Below are positions 43,334 through 53,687 of a stretch of DNA of 64,000 nt, in pieces. The notes under the pieces are model-generated. The model had not been told where the DNA came from. It was given only the letters and a program-made list of their open reading frames with translations, and searched no databases. The position numbers and the translations under genes are program-made. The number at the start of each line of letters is the position of its first letter. The stretch's first letter is position 1. Source of the DNA: an uncultured Anaerolineales bacterium (GTDB lineage: Bacteria > Chloroflexota > Anaerolineae > Anaerolineales > UBA11858); the NCBI GenBank assembly GCA_964406305.1, contig CAYORF010000005.1, forward strand, positions 729-64,728, read 5' to 3'.

Positions 43334-45547
43334 GTGGTGAATAATCAGGACCCACGCAATATCAAAGATATACTGGACACACTGTCCGAACAAGGTAAGT
43401 CCTTTCAAGGGATCTGGAAACGCACGAAAAATTACGGCTGGGATATTCTTGGCATCCTGTTGATAGCTTTTTCTGTGATGGTTTTGATCGCTACTCTCTT
43501 GCCCAGCCTGGTTGCTGGTTCGGCATTATTAAAATGGACCGATTTTATTCGGTTTGGCCTGGGATGGGGGAGCATTTTTGTAGTTGTCTCTGGTATCGTC
43601 CTGGGTATCTGGATGTTAAAGAAACAAGCGGGCGAGCCTAATTCAGTCATTTGGGTCAGGATTTTTGCCTTGGAAATTGCGATTTTTTCCCTGATCGCCC
43701 TCTTCACTGTTCTTGGAGGTCATTCCCTGACCCGGGCCAGGGAAGGGCTGGATGGTGGTTTGGTTGGCTGGGGGTTAGTGGAGGCGGTCTCAAGTGTGAT
43801 TGGTTTGATTCCAGCCGGAATATTGGCTTTCCTGTTTGCCTTGATTTGCGGTGTAATTGGATTCGGTTTTACCGATCGGGTTAGGGAACAGTTGGATCTG
43901 ATGAGAGAACCATCCCTGCCTACCGGATTGGATCAGGCAATGTCTGGAGAAAAAACAGAATCCCAGGTTTTGACTCAACCAGATAAACCCTCTACTTCAA
44001 AACGGACCCAAAAAGTTCCTCCAGAGTTCAGAAAACAATTTAAAGTGGATACCAAGGATGACAAACCGGTCAAGTCGCCACCAAGGGATAATGCTTTGCC
44101 ATCTTTGGATCTGTTGATCTCTGGAAAATCATTCAAACCCAATCAAAGACATATTAATACTTCTGCAGGACTGATTGAAAAGACCCTGGCGGAATTTGGC
44201 ATTCCAGCTCAGGTAGTGGGATTCCAGGTAGGGCCAACTGTGACTCAGTTCGCTGTAAAACCTGGTTATTTGAACGGCGCGGAGGATGAAGCTGACGAGG
44301 AAAGGAAAAGAGTGAGGGTATCACGTATCACCTCTCTCAAGAACGATCTGGCCCTGGCCTTATCTGCTACTCAATTAAGAATAGAAGCTCCTGTACCGGG
44401 CAGGTCATATGTTGGCATTGAAGTGCCCAACGAAAAATCATTCCTAGTTACTTTGCGCTCGGTGATGGAATCTGAAGCCTTTTATAAAGTGGATTCTCCC
44501 CTGGCAATTGCACTAGGCAGCGATGTTTCTGGTGAACCTGTTGTGGCTGACCTGGCCAGCATGCCCCACCTGCTGATCGCCGGCACTACAGGATCAGGTA
44601 AATCGGTTTGCATCACCTCTATTACTACTTGTCTGGTGATGAACAATACGCCGGAGCAGCTGAAGCTGGTGATGATTGATCCTAAAATGGTCGAGCTGGT
44701 CCGATTTAATGGACTGCCGCACCTCTTCGGGCAGGTAGAGACCGATCTGGAGCGGATTCTGGGTGTATTGCACTGGGTAACAGGAGAAATGGACCGCCGC
44801 TATCAGGTTTTGGACGAGACCAGCTCCCGCAATATCGATACCTATAATAATAAGATTCGGAAAAAGAAAGATGGGGTGATCATGCCGCGCATCGTGGTAA
44901 TGATCGATGAACTGGCGGATTTGATGATGATGGCCCCGTCTCAGACTGAGTTTACCTTGGTGCGCCTGGCCCAAATGGCTAGGGCGGTTGGCATTCACCT
45001 GGTTGTCGCAACCCAACGCCCTAGCACTGATGTTGTCACAGGTTTGATCAAAGCCAATTTCCCAGCCAGAATGTCCTTTGCGGTGGCTTCTTCGGTAGAC
45101 TCCCGGGTTGTGCTGGATATGAATGGGGCAGAATCCCTGCTTGGAAATGGCGATATGCTTTACCTCTCTCCCGAAGCTTCCAGCCCTGTCCGAACCCAGG
45201 GCTGCTGGGTGACAACGGAGGAATTGGATAGGGTGATCAAATCCTGGAGGGAAATATCTGATATTGAGCCAGAAGAGCTGATCATCCCACCCTGGGAAAA
45301 GACAATTGATGAGAAAGCTGAACTGGATGAATATGATGACCTCATTAAGGACGCTTTCAGGATTGTGCGAGATTCTCAGAGAGCATCCACTTCATTGATC
45401 CAGCGTAAACTGCGCATTGGGTACCCCCGGGCTGCCCGACTGATGGATGAATTATCAGCCCTGGGCTACGTGGGTCCATCCAAGGGCAGCGGTATTGAAA
45501 GAGAGGTGTTTATCACCTCTGACGAGGAATTCGGGGAAAGTTACTAG
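43334..45547 (+). CDS. ftsK: DNA translocase FtsK/SpoIIIE
   Basis: N-terminal TM helices, Walker A GTTGSGKSV, Walker B VMIDELADLMM, and gamma wHTH SLIQRKLRIGYPRAARLMDEL. Confidence 0.92.
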   Translation: MVNNQDPRNIKDILDTLSEQGKSFQGIWKRTKNYGWDILGILLIAFSVMVLIATLLPSLVAGSALLKWTDFIRFGLGWGSIFVVVSGIVLGIWMLKKQAGEPNSVIWVRIFALEIAIFSLIALFTVLGGHSLTRAREGLDGGLVGWGLVEAVSSVIGLIPAGILAFLFALICGVIGFGFTDRVREQLDLMREPSLPTGLDQAMSGEKTESQVLTQPDKPSTSKRTQKVPPEFRKQFKVDTKDDKPVKSPPRDNALPSLDLLISGKSFKPNQRHINTSAGLIEKTLAEFGIPAQVVGFQVGPTVTQFAVKPGYLNGAEDEADEERKRVRVSRITSLKNDLALALSATQLRIEAPVPGRSYVGIEVPNEKSFLVTLRSVMESEAFYKVDSPLAIALGSDVSGEPVVADLASMPHLLIAGTTGSGKSVCITSITTCLVMNNTPEQLKLVMIDPKMVELVRFNGLPHLFGQVETDLERILGVLHWVTGEMDRRYQVLDETSSRNIDTYNNKIRKKKDGVIMPRIVVMIDELADLMMMAPSQTEFTLVRLAQMARAVGIHLVVATQRPSTDVVTGLIKANFPARMSFAVASSVDSRVVLDMNGAESLLGNGDMLYLSPEASSPVRTQGCWVTTEELDRVIKSWREISDIEPEELIIPPWEKTIDEKAELDEYDDLIKDAFRIVRDSQRASTSLIQRKLRIGYPRAARLMDELSALGYVGPSKGSGIEREVFITSDEEFGESY

Positions 45548-45595
45548 CAGGTGAATTTCTGTATTATTCCAATCTTCTTCCTATAAGGAAATACT

Positions 45596-46408
45596 ATGTC
45601 AACTGGTTTTGAACTGGGATCCTTTACCATTCATTATTACGCCCTTCTGATCCTGCTAGGAATGCTCTTGGGGCTGCTGTTGACCTGGAGGCGCGCGTCC
45701 AATAAAGGGAAATCGATGGTTTTTCTGATCGATGCTTTGCCCTGGGTTTTTGTCGGAGGTATTCTGGGTGCCCGTATCTGGCATATATTTTCCCCGCCGC
45801 AATCGATGGTTGCACATGGAATTACTACCCGCTATTATCTGACCCACCTACTGGAAGCCATTGCTATTTGGAAAGGCGGAATAGGGATCATCGGCGCAAT
45901 GGCAGGAGGGGGGCTGGCTCTATGGATATACTCCAGGAAGAGGGTTGCCCCATTTAATGAGTGGCTGGATATCATATCCCCTGGACTGGCCCTTGCACAA
46001 TCGATTGGCCGCTGGGGTAATTACATCAATCAGGAAGTTTATGGCCTACCAAGCGACTTGCCCTGGGCAATCCCCATTGACCCCCAGCATAGAATGCCCG
46101 GTTTTACCGAGTTTGCAACCTATCATCCACTATTTTTATATGAAGCCATATGGAGTTTCCTGAATATGTTATTCATCCTCTGGATTGGCCGAAAATATCA
46201 AGAACAGCTCAAGTCTGGCAGCCTCTTCTTGATTTACCTGATATTTTACGGGGTAGGGAGAGTTGGATTGGAGTTCCTGCGCCTGGATGTTTCCACGTGG
46301 CAAGGGGCAAATCTTAACCAAACTGCAATGTTGGTAATGGTTATCACAGCCTGTTTTCTGCTTTATAATCGCCAAAGAGCGAGTTCTGGAGCAAATGAGC
46401 AGGTATGA
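45596..46408 (+). CDS. lgt: Prolipoprotein diacylglyceryl transferase
   Basis: GARIWH.., GGIGIIGAMAGG, GRWGNYINQEVYG and YHPLFLYE motifs. Confidence 0.92.
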   Translation: MSTGFELGSFTIHYYALLILLGMLLGLLLTWRRASNKGKSMVFLIDALPWVFVGGILGARIWHIFSPPQSMVAHGITTRYYLTHLLEAIAIWKGGIGIIGAMAGGGLALWIYSRKRVAPFNEWLDIISPGLALAQSIGRWGNYINQEVYGLPSDLPWAIPIDPQHRMPGFTEFATYHPLFLYEAIWSFLNMLFILWIGRKYQEQLKSGSLFLIYLIFYGVGRVGLEFLRLDVSTWQGANLNQTAMLVMVITACFLLYNRQRASSGANEQV

Positions 46409-47346
46409 TCCTAACTGAAAATCTCACTAAATATTTCAAAGATTTCTGCGCTGTGGACGGTGTCAGTCTACATGTGAAGGCTGGCAAAGTTTTGGCTTTG
46501 CTGGGACCCAATGGAGCCGGCAAAACAACAACGGTGCGCATGTTAACCACGGTACTCCGGCCCAGCAGCGGCAAAGCTCGGGTGGCGGGCTATGATGTGT
46601 TGGAAAATCCGGGAGATGTGCGAGGGTCTGTGGGTGTGTTGACCGAGGACCATGGATTATACGACCGGATGCACATGGTGGAATACCTTGATTTCTTCGG
46701 CAAGATCTATGATATGCCAGATGGACAGAGAGAGGAGCGCATCCTGCATTTGCTGGAGAAATTCGACCTACTGGATGCCAGGGACCGCCGAATAGGTAAA
46801 TTTTCCAAGGGCATGCGCCAGAAACTCTCCCTGGCCAGGTCTCTATTGCACTCTCCCCCAGTATTACTGCTGGATGAACCTACTTCGGCTATGGATCCAG
46901 CCAGCGCCCGACTGGTGAGAAATACAATTAAGACCCTGCGCTCAGAGGACCGGGCGATCATTGTTTGTACTCACAACCTGGCTGAAGCAGAAGAATTGGC
47001 CGATTCGATCGCCATTATTCGCACAGGCGAGATCATCGCCCACGGCACAGCTTCAGAATTAAAAGAACAGCTGCTAGGACCAGGTGAATACAGGATCCAC
47101 CTGGCAGATTCCCTGGATGGCAGAACACTGCCCTTACCATCAGATGTGGAGATCACAAAAAAAGGAAAAGATTGGTTTACTTTCAGAGTAGAGAAAGCTG
47201 AGAAAACCAATCCGTTACTGGTTCAGAATTTGGTTGCGACCGGCTATGCGGTTGTCAAATTAGAGGAAATCCAACGCAGTCTGGAAGCGGTCTATTTACA
47301 AGCGGTTAACCAGACCGAAAAAACGGGAGGGGGAGATGTGGACTGA
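46405..47346 (+). CDS. ABC transporter ATP-binding protein (ABC-2 type)
   Basis: Walker A GPNGAGKTTT, signature FSKGMRQKL, and Walker B LLLDEPTSAMD. Confidence 0.9.
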   Translation: MILTENLTKYFKDFCAVDGVSLHVKAGKVLALLGPNGAGKTTTVRMLTTVLRPSSGKARVAGYDVLENPGDVRGSVGVLTEDHGLYDRMHMVEYLDFFGKIYDMPDGQREERILHLLEKFDLLDARDRRIGKFSKGMRQKLSLARSLLHSPPVLLLDEPTSAMDPASARLVRNTIKTLRSEDRAIIVCTHNLAEAEELADSIAIIRTGEIIAHGTASELKEQLLGPGEYRIHLADSLDGRTLPLPSDVEITKKGKDWFTFRVEKAEKTNPLLVQNLVATGYAVVKLEEIQRSLEAVYLQAVNQTEKTGGGDVD

Positions 47347-48769
47347 TTTTCGGAAAGCCATGATTATCACTCGCCGAGAAGTACGGGACCAGTTCCGGGA
47401 TTGGCGCATCATTGCCCCAATCATTATCCTGACAGTCTTTTTCCCGGGTTTGATGAATTTCACTGCCCAGCAAGCAGTGGACTTTGTGGGAAAATACGGT
47501 GCCCCCATTATTGCCGATCGCTTGATCCCCTTTTTATTGATGGTGGTGGGATTTTTCCCGATCTCAGTTTCTCTGGTGATCGCACTGGAGAGCTTTGTGG
47601 GGGAGAAAGAAAGAAAGAGCATTGAACCCCTGCTTAGCAGTCCCTTGACGGATGTCCAGCTTTATCTCGGGAAGTTAATGGCAGTTATGTTCCCTCCACT
47701 GATTGGCAGTTTCCTAGGCATTGCAGTCTATTTAGTCGGGGTCTACCGTCAGGTTGGCTGGGCGCCGGATATCACGTTATTGATCCAGGTCATCGGCCTG
47801 GCTGTGGTGCAGTCCCTGGTGATGGTCAGCGGTGCGGTGGTGGTGTCATCCCAAACTACATCGGTAAGAGGGGCAAATTTACTTGCTTCATTTATTATCA
47901 TTCCTATGGCTCTGCTCCTTGTAGGGGAGAGCATGATCATGTTCTGGGCCAAATACGAGGTCTTATGGTGGGCGATTTTCGGCCAGGCCATTATTGCCTG
48001 GTTGCTGATTCGGACCGGTATTGCTCATTTTAACCGGGAAGAATTATTAGGTAAGGAACTGGATTCTATTAATTTAAAATGGGCCTGGCAAGTTTTCCGG
48101 GGAGCTTTCCAGGGAGAAAATGCCTCCTCATCCTGGCAGTGGTGGCGCGTGAATGTCTGGGGTATTCTCAAGGAACTTAAATGGGCTTTGGTTTTGGTTT
48201 TACTGTTAATCGTTGGAGCAGTATTTGTTGGTATCTCGCAGGCTGATGTCTTCCCAATTCCGGCGGGATTGCTGGATTGGGGAAATCTGGAAGAAGGACT
48301 TGTCACCGGGATCGAAGATTTCGGCCCGATCCGGTTTTTCTCTGTCCAGGGGTTGGGGATCATCTTCCTCCACAACTTGAGGGCTATTGCCCTGGACAGC
48401 TTATTAGGGATTTTTTCTTTTGGTGTTCTGGGTATCATTACCCTGATCCTGCCTTTCAGCATTATCGGTTATTTCACAGCCATTGTAGGTCAGACTGGCC
48501 TTTCGCCCAGTTTGTTCCTGGCTGGTTTTGTATTACCTCATGGGATCTTTGAAATACCTGCTATTATTATTACAGGTGCATTGATCATCCGCCTGGGATT
48601 AACACTGGTGACTCCCAATAAGAATTACACCATCGGCGAAGCCTGGATCAGGACTCTGGCTGATTGGTCGCGGTTGATCCTGTTCCTGGTCATCCCTTTA
48701 CTGGTTGTGGCTGCTTTCCTTGAGGTTTTTGTCACGCCCCGGATTGCCCTGGCACTCTTTGGTGGATAA
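47336..48769 (+). CDS. ABC-2 type permease fused to a SpoIIM/DUF95-like membrane domain
   Basis: N-terminal half has the ABC-2 hallmark GEKERKSIEPLLSSPL. C-terminal half has LHNLRAIAL.. and LPHGIFEIPAIIITGALIIRLG, typical of SpoIIM/DUF95. Confidence 0.65.
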   Translation: MWTDFRKAMIITRREVRDQFRDWRIIAPIIILTVFFPGLMNFTAQQAVDFVGKYGAPIIADRLIPFLLMVVGFFPISVSLVIALESFVGEKERKSIEPLLSSPLTDVQLYLGKLMAVMFPPLIGSFLGIAVYLVGVYRQVGWAPDITLLIQVIGLAVVQSLVMVSGAVVVSSQTTSVRGANLLASFIIIPMALLLVGESMIMFWAKYEVLWWAIFGQAIIAWLLIRTGIAHFNREELLGKELDSINLKWAWQVFRGAFQGENASSSWQWWRVNVWGILKELKWALVLVLLLIVGAVFVGISQADVFPIPAGLLDWGNLEEGLVTGIEDFGPIRFFSVQGLGIIFLHNLRAIALDSLLGIFSFGVLGIITLILPFSIIGYFTAIVGQTGLSPSLFLAGFVLPHGIFEIPAIIITGALIIRLGLTLVTPNKNYTIGEAWIRTLADWSRLILFLVIPLLVVAAFLEVFVTPRIALALFGG

Positions 48770-48782
48770 GAGAGAGATTTTT

Positions 48783-49550
48783 ATGGCGAAATTGATATTC
48801 CTGGGCACTGCCAGCGCTGTGGCCTATAAAGGTCACGAAAATACTTTCTTGGTCCTCAAGGGAGAGGAATCCTCGATCCTGGTGGACTGCAGTTCGCGCC
48901 CGGTGATGCGTTTGAAGGATGCCGGGATTGACCACAATGATCTCAGTGATCTGATCATCACCCATTTCCATCCAGACCATGTTTCAGGATTGGCTATCTT
49001 GATCATGGATATGTGGATCCTGGGTAGGGAAAAGGAATTCCATATCCATGGCTGTGAACATGCCATCACACGTGCTATTAAAATGATGGATCTGTTTGGC
49101 TGGCAGGACTGGACTGACATTTACCCGGTGCATTTTCACACCCTTCCGCTGGAAGAGCTAGCGCCGGTGCTTGAAAACCCGGAATTCAAGATCCTCAGTT
49201 CACCGGTTAAGCACATGATCCCTACCCTGGGGATCCGGGTCGAATACAGGGGTGGCGAGTTTGTGGTTGCCTATTCTTCAGATACTTCACCGGTTCCTGA
49301 AACAGTCAAATTAGCGGCTGATGCGGATGTGCTGATCCATGAAGCTGCCGGGACGTCCTTTTACCATTCCACTGCTTCTCAGGCGGGGGAGATCGCATCT
49401 CAAGCAGGGGTGAGAGCGCTTTACTTGATCCATTATCCTCCCGAAGAGATGATCAGTCCGGATTCAACACTTGGCGACGCAAAAAAAACCTTCTCTGGGA
49501 AGGTTTTCCTGGCGGAAGATTTTATGGAGATCGAGTTAGAGGGGGAGTAA
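48783..49550 (+). CDS. MBL-fold metallo-hydrolase (RNase Z-like)
   Basis: ITHFHPDHVSG motif and later HEAA. Start at the ATG at 48783 (MAKLIFLGTASAV); the ORF is open from 48705. Confidence 0.8.
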   Translation: MAKLIFLGTASAVAYKGHENTFLVLKGEESSILVDCSSRPVMRLKDAGIDHNDLSDLIITHFHPDHVSGLAILIMDMWILGREKEFHIHGCEHAITRAIKMMDLFGWQDWTDIYPVHFHTLPLEELAPVLENPEFKILSSPVKHMIPTLGIRVEYRGGEFVVAYSSDTSPVPETVKLAADADVLIHEAAGTSFYHSTASQAGEIASQAGVRALYLIHYPPEEMISPDSTLGDAKKTFSGKVFLAEDFMEIELEGE

Positions 49551-49554
49551 GGCC

Positions 49555-50058
49555 TTACCAGCCCACAACGTAGGGTTCCCAATCTTGATAAATAGTGATG
49601 TATTTCTTGAATAGATAGACGGCGGATTCCGGCGGCTGTTCAGGTCTTTTGCGCAGTTTCAAGCCGGACTGTTTCAACGTCAGGCCGCCTTTTTTATGAT
49701 TACAGGAAGCGCAGGCGGTCACTAGGTTAGTCCAGGTGGATTCACCGCCCAAGTGTTGGGGCAGGATATGATCAACTGTTAATTCCCGGGAACCTTGCCC
49801 GCAATACTGACATTTGAACTGATCTCGCCGGAAAATTTCCTGTTTGGAGAGTTTTACGCTGGGTCGGGGCCGCTTAATGACGGAATGGAGGCGGATTATG
49901 GATGGTTTTGGGTAGGTTCTGGTCACTGTTCGCACCACACCGCGGCCGTCCATGATCATATTGGCTTTACCAACCACTATCAGGCACATCGCCCGGCGTG
50001 TGGAGCAGACGTTAATTGGTGCGTAATTGCCATTGAGGACAAGCACTGGTTTGTTCAT
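49555..50058 (-). CDS. HNH endonuclease family protein
   Basis: CQYCG..(N8)..DHILPQHLGG..WTNLVTACASCNHKKG. Confidence 0.85.
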   Translation of the reverse strand: MNKPVLVLNGNYAPINVCSTRRAMCLIVVGKANMIMDGRGVVRTVTRTYPKPSIIRLHSVIKRPRPSVKLSKQEIFRRDQFKCQYCGQGSRELTVDHILPQHLGGESTWTNLVTACASCNHKKGGLTLKQSGLKLRKRPEQPPESAVYLFKKYITIYQDWEPYVVGW

Positions 50059-50226
50059 CTCATAAATTCTCTCGAAAATTATAGCATGTATTTTAACCCC
50101 TGCTTAAGGGATTATCTGCCTATTCAATAACCTGATTATCCAATTTCTAGCTGGAAAAGAACTAATAATCCAGTCGGGATTGAGTTCTGCACGATTTGTA
50201 CGGTAAAATGGGATAGTTAACATTTC

Positions 50227-50751
50227 GTGGAGGAACGATTGAAAAAATATCTCAAAGCTTTTGCTTTTTTACTACCCATTGCAATTTTATTGGTTGCTCT
50301 GGACCAGGTGACGAAAACCTGGATCAGGAATAACCTGGCATTCAATGAATTATGGATGCCGTGGGAATGGCTGGCCCCCTATGCCAGACTGGTCAATTGG
50401 CACAATACCGGGGCGGCGTTTGGCATTTTCCAGGGCATGAACGGCGTTTTTGTCGTTTTGGCCTTTGTGATCATCATTCTGATCGCGATCTATTTTCCTA
50501 TGATCCCGGAAGATGACTTCTTCTTTCGCCTTGCTTTAACCTTGCAGATGGCTGGCGCGGCTGGTAATCTGATCGACCGCCTTTATCGAGGTTATGTGAC
50601 AGATTTTATCTCAGTGGGAAGATTTCCTGTTTTTAATGTAGCCGATTCCTGCATCACCATGGGGGTGGTAGTTTTGTTGATAGGGATGTGGATCGAGGAG
50701 AGAAGGTCAAAAGATGAATCAGGATTCGATAATTCTGCAGAACCAATCTGA
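50227..50751 (+). CDS. lspA: Lipoprotein signal peptidase II
   Basis: NTGAAFG and FPVFNVADSCITMG motifs, four TM helices, GTG start. Confidence 0.9.
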   Translation: MEERLKKYLKAFAFLLPIAILLVALDQVTKTWIRNNLAFNELWMPWEWLAPYARLVNWHNTGAAFGIFQGMNGVFVVLAFVIIILIAIYFPMIPEDDFFFRLALTLQMAGAAGNLIDRLYRGYVTDFISVGRFPVFNVADSCITMGVVVLLIGMWIEERRSKDESGFDNSAEPI

Positions 50752-51649
50752 TAAAGAAATCCGGCTCGATAAATTTTTGGCTAGTGAACTGGAAGGTCAT
50801 TCCCGTTCCTATATCCAAAAGATAATTACCGCAGGGGGAGTTTCAATTGATGGAGTCCCCGTATATAAAAAAGCTGAACGGGTCAGTCCGGGAATGGAGA
50901 TCGAAGTCATCATTCCTGAGGCGGAGGATACAACAATGCAGGGAGAAGATATTCCCTTGGACATCATTTTTGAAAATGATGATCTGCTCGCTGTCAACAA
51001 ACCGGCTGGCATGGTTGTCCATCCGGCCCTGGGACATCCTACTGGTACCCTGGTTCAGGCTGTGCTGGGTTATGCGCCGGAAATAGAAGGGGTGGGGGGA
51101 GTTAAGCGTCCTGGATTGGTGCACCGATTGGATCAGGATACTTCGGGTGTGATCTTATTAGCCAAAAATGATCGGGCCCACCAATTCTTGCAGGACCAAT
51201 TCCGTGATCGGCAAGTCGATAAAGAGTACCTGGCTTTGGTGGATGGACGCCCGCCAACACCTAATGGCCGGGTAGAAGTGGCCATTGGGCGGGATTCAAA
51301 ATACCGCCAGCGTATGGCCCCGGTCCTGGAAAGGGACGGCAAGGAAGCAATCAGTGAGTATTTCACACTGGGGGAATTTCCCAAACATACATATTTACGA
51401 GTCAAGATTATGACCGGGCGCACTCATCAGATCCGGGTTCACCTGAATTATCTGGGCTGTCCGGTAGTGGGAGATACGGTTTACGGCAGGAAAAATCCCT
51501 CAATTCCAGTTGAACGCCAATTTTTGCACGCTTTCCGCTTGTCCATAGTGATCCCGGGAGAAGAGGATAAACATTGTTTTGAAGCTCCCCTGGCATTGGA
51601 CTTGGAAGGGATATTGAATCAATTAAGGGAAAAATTACCAGGAGCATAG
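50714..51649 (+). CDS. rluD: RluA-family 23S rRNA pseudouridine synthase (RluD-like)
   Basis: S4-like IRLDKFLA, catalytic HRLDQDTSGVILLAKN, and GRTHQIRVH. Confidence 0.85.
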   Translation: MNQDSIILQNQSDKEIRLDKFLASELEGHSRSYIQKIITAGGVSIDGVPVYKKAERVSPGMEIEVIIPEAEDTTMQGEDIPLDIIFENDDLLAVNKPAGMVVHPALGHPTGTLVQAVLGYAPEIEGVGGVKRPGLVHRLDQDTSGVILLAKNDRAHQFLQDQFRDRQVDKEYLALVDGRPPTPNGRVEVAIGRDSKYRQRMAPVLERDGKEAISEYFTLGEFPKHTYLRVKIMTGRTHQIRVHLNYLGCPVVGDTVYGRKNPSIPVERQFLHAFRLSIVIPGEEDKHCFEAPLALDLEGILNQLREKLPGA

Positions 51650-51653
51650 AATT

Positions 51654-52685
51654 ATGATTGACCTTCGTTCTGACACAGTCACATTGCCGTCACCAGAAAT
51701 GCGGGAAGTGATCGCCAAAGCCGAAGTGGGGGATGATGTTTACGGAGAAGATCCCACAGTTAACCAGCTTGAAGTTGAATCAGCCAGGTTGTTGGGGAAG
51801 GAAGCAGCCTTATTTATTCCCTCTGGAACGATGGGAAATCTGGCCGCTGTTATGACTTACTGCGAGCGAGGTAGTGAGATCATATTGGGAAATAAAGCGC
51901 ACATCTTCTTAAATGAAGCCGGTGGTGCAGCAGCATTGGGAGGGATCCATTCTCATACTATTCCCAACCAGAAAGATGGAACCCTTAAGTTAGAAGACAT
52001 CAAGAGTGCTATCCGCTTTGATGATATTCATCATCCAAGAACCCAATTAATTTGCCTGGAAAATACCCAAAATATGTGTGGTGGTGTTGCTCTGACAGTG
52101 GAATACACAAAGGCAGTAGGGAAGATCGCCCGTGATCATCAGCTGAAACTCCACCTGGATGGCGCGAGGATCTTTAACGCAGCGGCTGCCCTGGATGTTG
52201 ATCCAGCACAATTGGTTGAGCCGGTGGATTCGATCATGTTCTGCCTTAGCAAAGGCCTGGGCGCGCCGGTGGGATCGATCTTATGTGGTGATGCAGAATT
52301 CATCAACCGAGCCAGAAAGATTCGCAAGATGCTGGGTGGGGGTATGCGCCAGGCTGGCCTGGTAGCAGCGGCCGGATTATTTGCCCTGAAGAAAAACATT
52401 CCTCTTTTGAAAGAAGACCAAAGACGGGCGCTCGTGCTTGCCCAGGGACTGAAAGATGTGAATGGTATAAGCTTGATGGACGAAATTCCACCCTCTAATA
52501 TGGTTTATTTGAATTTGGATCCTAAGCTTTCACTTGATGCGGTCCAGATGAAAGCCAAATTAAAGGAAAAAGGGATTCTGGGTGGGATCGAGGGAGAACG
52601 GCAGATCAGGCTGGTTACTCATTTGTGGATTACAGACAAGGACATCGAAGATGTGATCGAGGGATTTAAGGAGATTTCTGCCTGA
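51654..52685 (+). CDS. ltaE: Low-specificity L-threonine aldolase
   Basis: IDLRSDTVTLPSPEM, SGTMGNL and FCLSKGLGAPVGS (PLP lysine). Confidence 0.88.
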   Translation: MIDLRSDTVTLPSPEMREVIAKAEVGDDVYGEDPTVNQLEVESARLLGKEAALFIPSGTMGNLAAVMTYCERGSEIILGNKAHIFLNEAGGAAALGGIHSHTIPNQKDGTLKLEDIKSAIRFDDIHHPRTQLICLENTQNMCGGVALTVEYTKAVGKIARDHQLKLHLDGARIFNAAAALDVDPAQLVEPVDSIMFCLSKGLGAPVGSILCGDAEFINRARKIRKMLGGGMRQAGLVAAAGLFALKKNIPLLKEDQRRALVLAQGLKDVNGISLMDEIPPSNMVYLNLDPKLSLDAVQMKAKLKEKGILGGIEGERQIRLVTHLWITDKDIEDVIEGFKEISA

Positions 52686-52777
52686 AGGAAGAAAACAGCT
52701 ATCAGAAAGGAGCCAGCTGCCAGATGTTATAATAAAAACGTTCTTTCTTTATCGTTTATTCAAGGACATAAGCATCG

Positions 52778-53614
52778 ATGAAAACAAAATATACAATCGA
52801 GGATATGGACCGCATCGCGGATGAAATTCGTTCTAGGATATCTGTTCAACCGGAAATCGGCCTGATACTAGGCTCCGGTTTAGGCCCATTATCAGAGTCT
52901 ATTGAGGACCCCATTATTATCCCTTACCATGATCTTACTGGTTGGCCTATTTCTACTGTGGAAGGTCATGCCGGAGAGCTGGTGATCGGAAATCTGGAAG
53001 GCCAGGTTGTGCTGGTGATGAATGGCCGGATCCATTACTACGAAGGTTATGAAATGAGCCAGGTGACTCTGCCAATCCGGGTTATGCAGCGTCTGGGTAT
53101 TAAAACCTTGATCGTTACCAATGCGGCAGGCGGGATAAACCAAGATTTTGTTCCCGGGAATCCTATGCTGATCACGGACCACTTAAATTTCCTAGGTATG
53201 GCAGGTGTTAACCCTCTCCGGGGGCCTAACCTGGATGAGTTTGGGACTCGTTTTCCGGATATGAGCCAACCTTATGATAGAGAATTGATTGAAATTACCC
53301 GAGGGGTTGCCAAAGAACAGGGACTTACCCTCTATGAAGGTATTTATGTCTGTCTGTCCGGTCCTACTTTTGAAACTCCAGCTGACCTGCGCTTTTTGGC
53401 CGGTGCGGGAGTGGACGCAGTAGGAATGTCCACTGTGCCAGAGGTTATAGTGGCCAATCATGGCGGCCAACGTGTTTTGGGGATTTCTGGTATTACCAAC
53501 AGTTCCAATCTGTATGGGGAAGCGGAAACTACTCATGAAGAGGTGATCGAAACGGGTAAGATCCTAGCCCCCAAGATGATGAACTTGATCCGGGGCGTTC
53601 TGCGAGTATTATAA
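52778..53614 (+). CDS. Purine nucleoside phosphorylase (trimeric PNP family)
   Basis: LGSGLG, GRIHYYEG, TNAAGG, GPTFETPAD and GMSTVPEV. Confidence 0.9.
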   Translation: MKTKYTIEDMDRIADEIRSRISVQPEIGLILGSGLGPLSESIEDPIIIPYHDLTGWPISTVEGHAGELVIGNLEGQVVLVMNGRIHYYEGYEMSQVTLPIRVMQRLGIKTLIVTNAAGGINQDFVPGNPMLITDHLNFLGMAGVNPLRGPNLDEFGTRFPDMSQPYDRELIEITRGVAKEQGLTLYEGIYVCLSGPTFETPADLRFLAGAGVDAVGMSTVPEVIVANHGGQRVLGISGITNSSNLYGEAETTHEEVIETGKILAPKMMNLIRGVLRVL

Positions 53615-53687
53615 AATCCCATTAGAACTTGATGATGAACTTTAGCGGGGGAGAATCGGATCTCCCTTATGTAAACACCAAATTTCA

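Noticed and set aside
49555-50058. HNH endonuclease as a marker of a defence island or mobile element.
   Set aside because: It is a small stand-alone HNH protein flanked by housekeeping genes (MBL hydrolase, lspA). There is no methyltransferase, helicase, integrase, repeat boundaries or compositional break that I can see.
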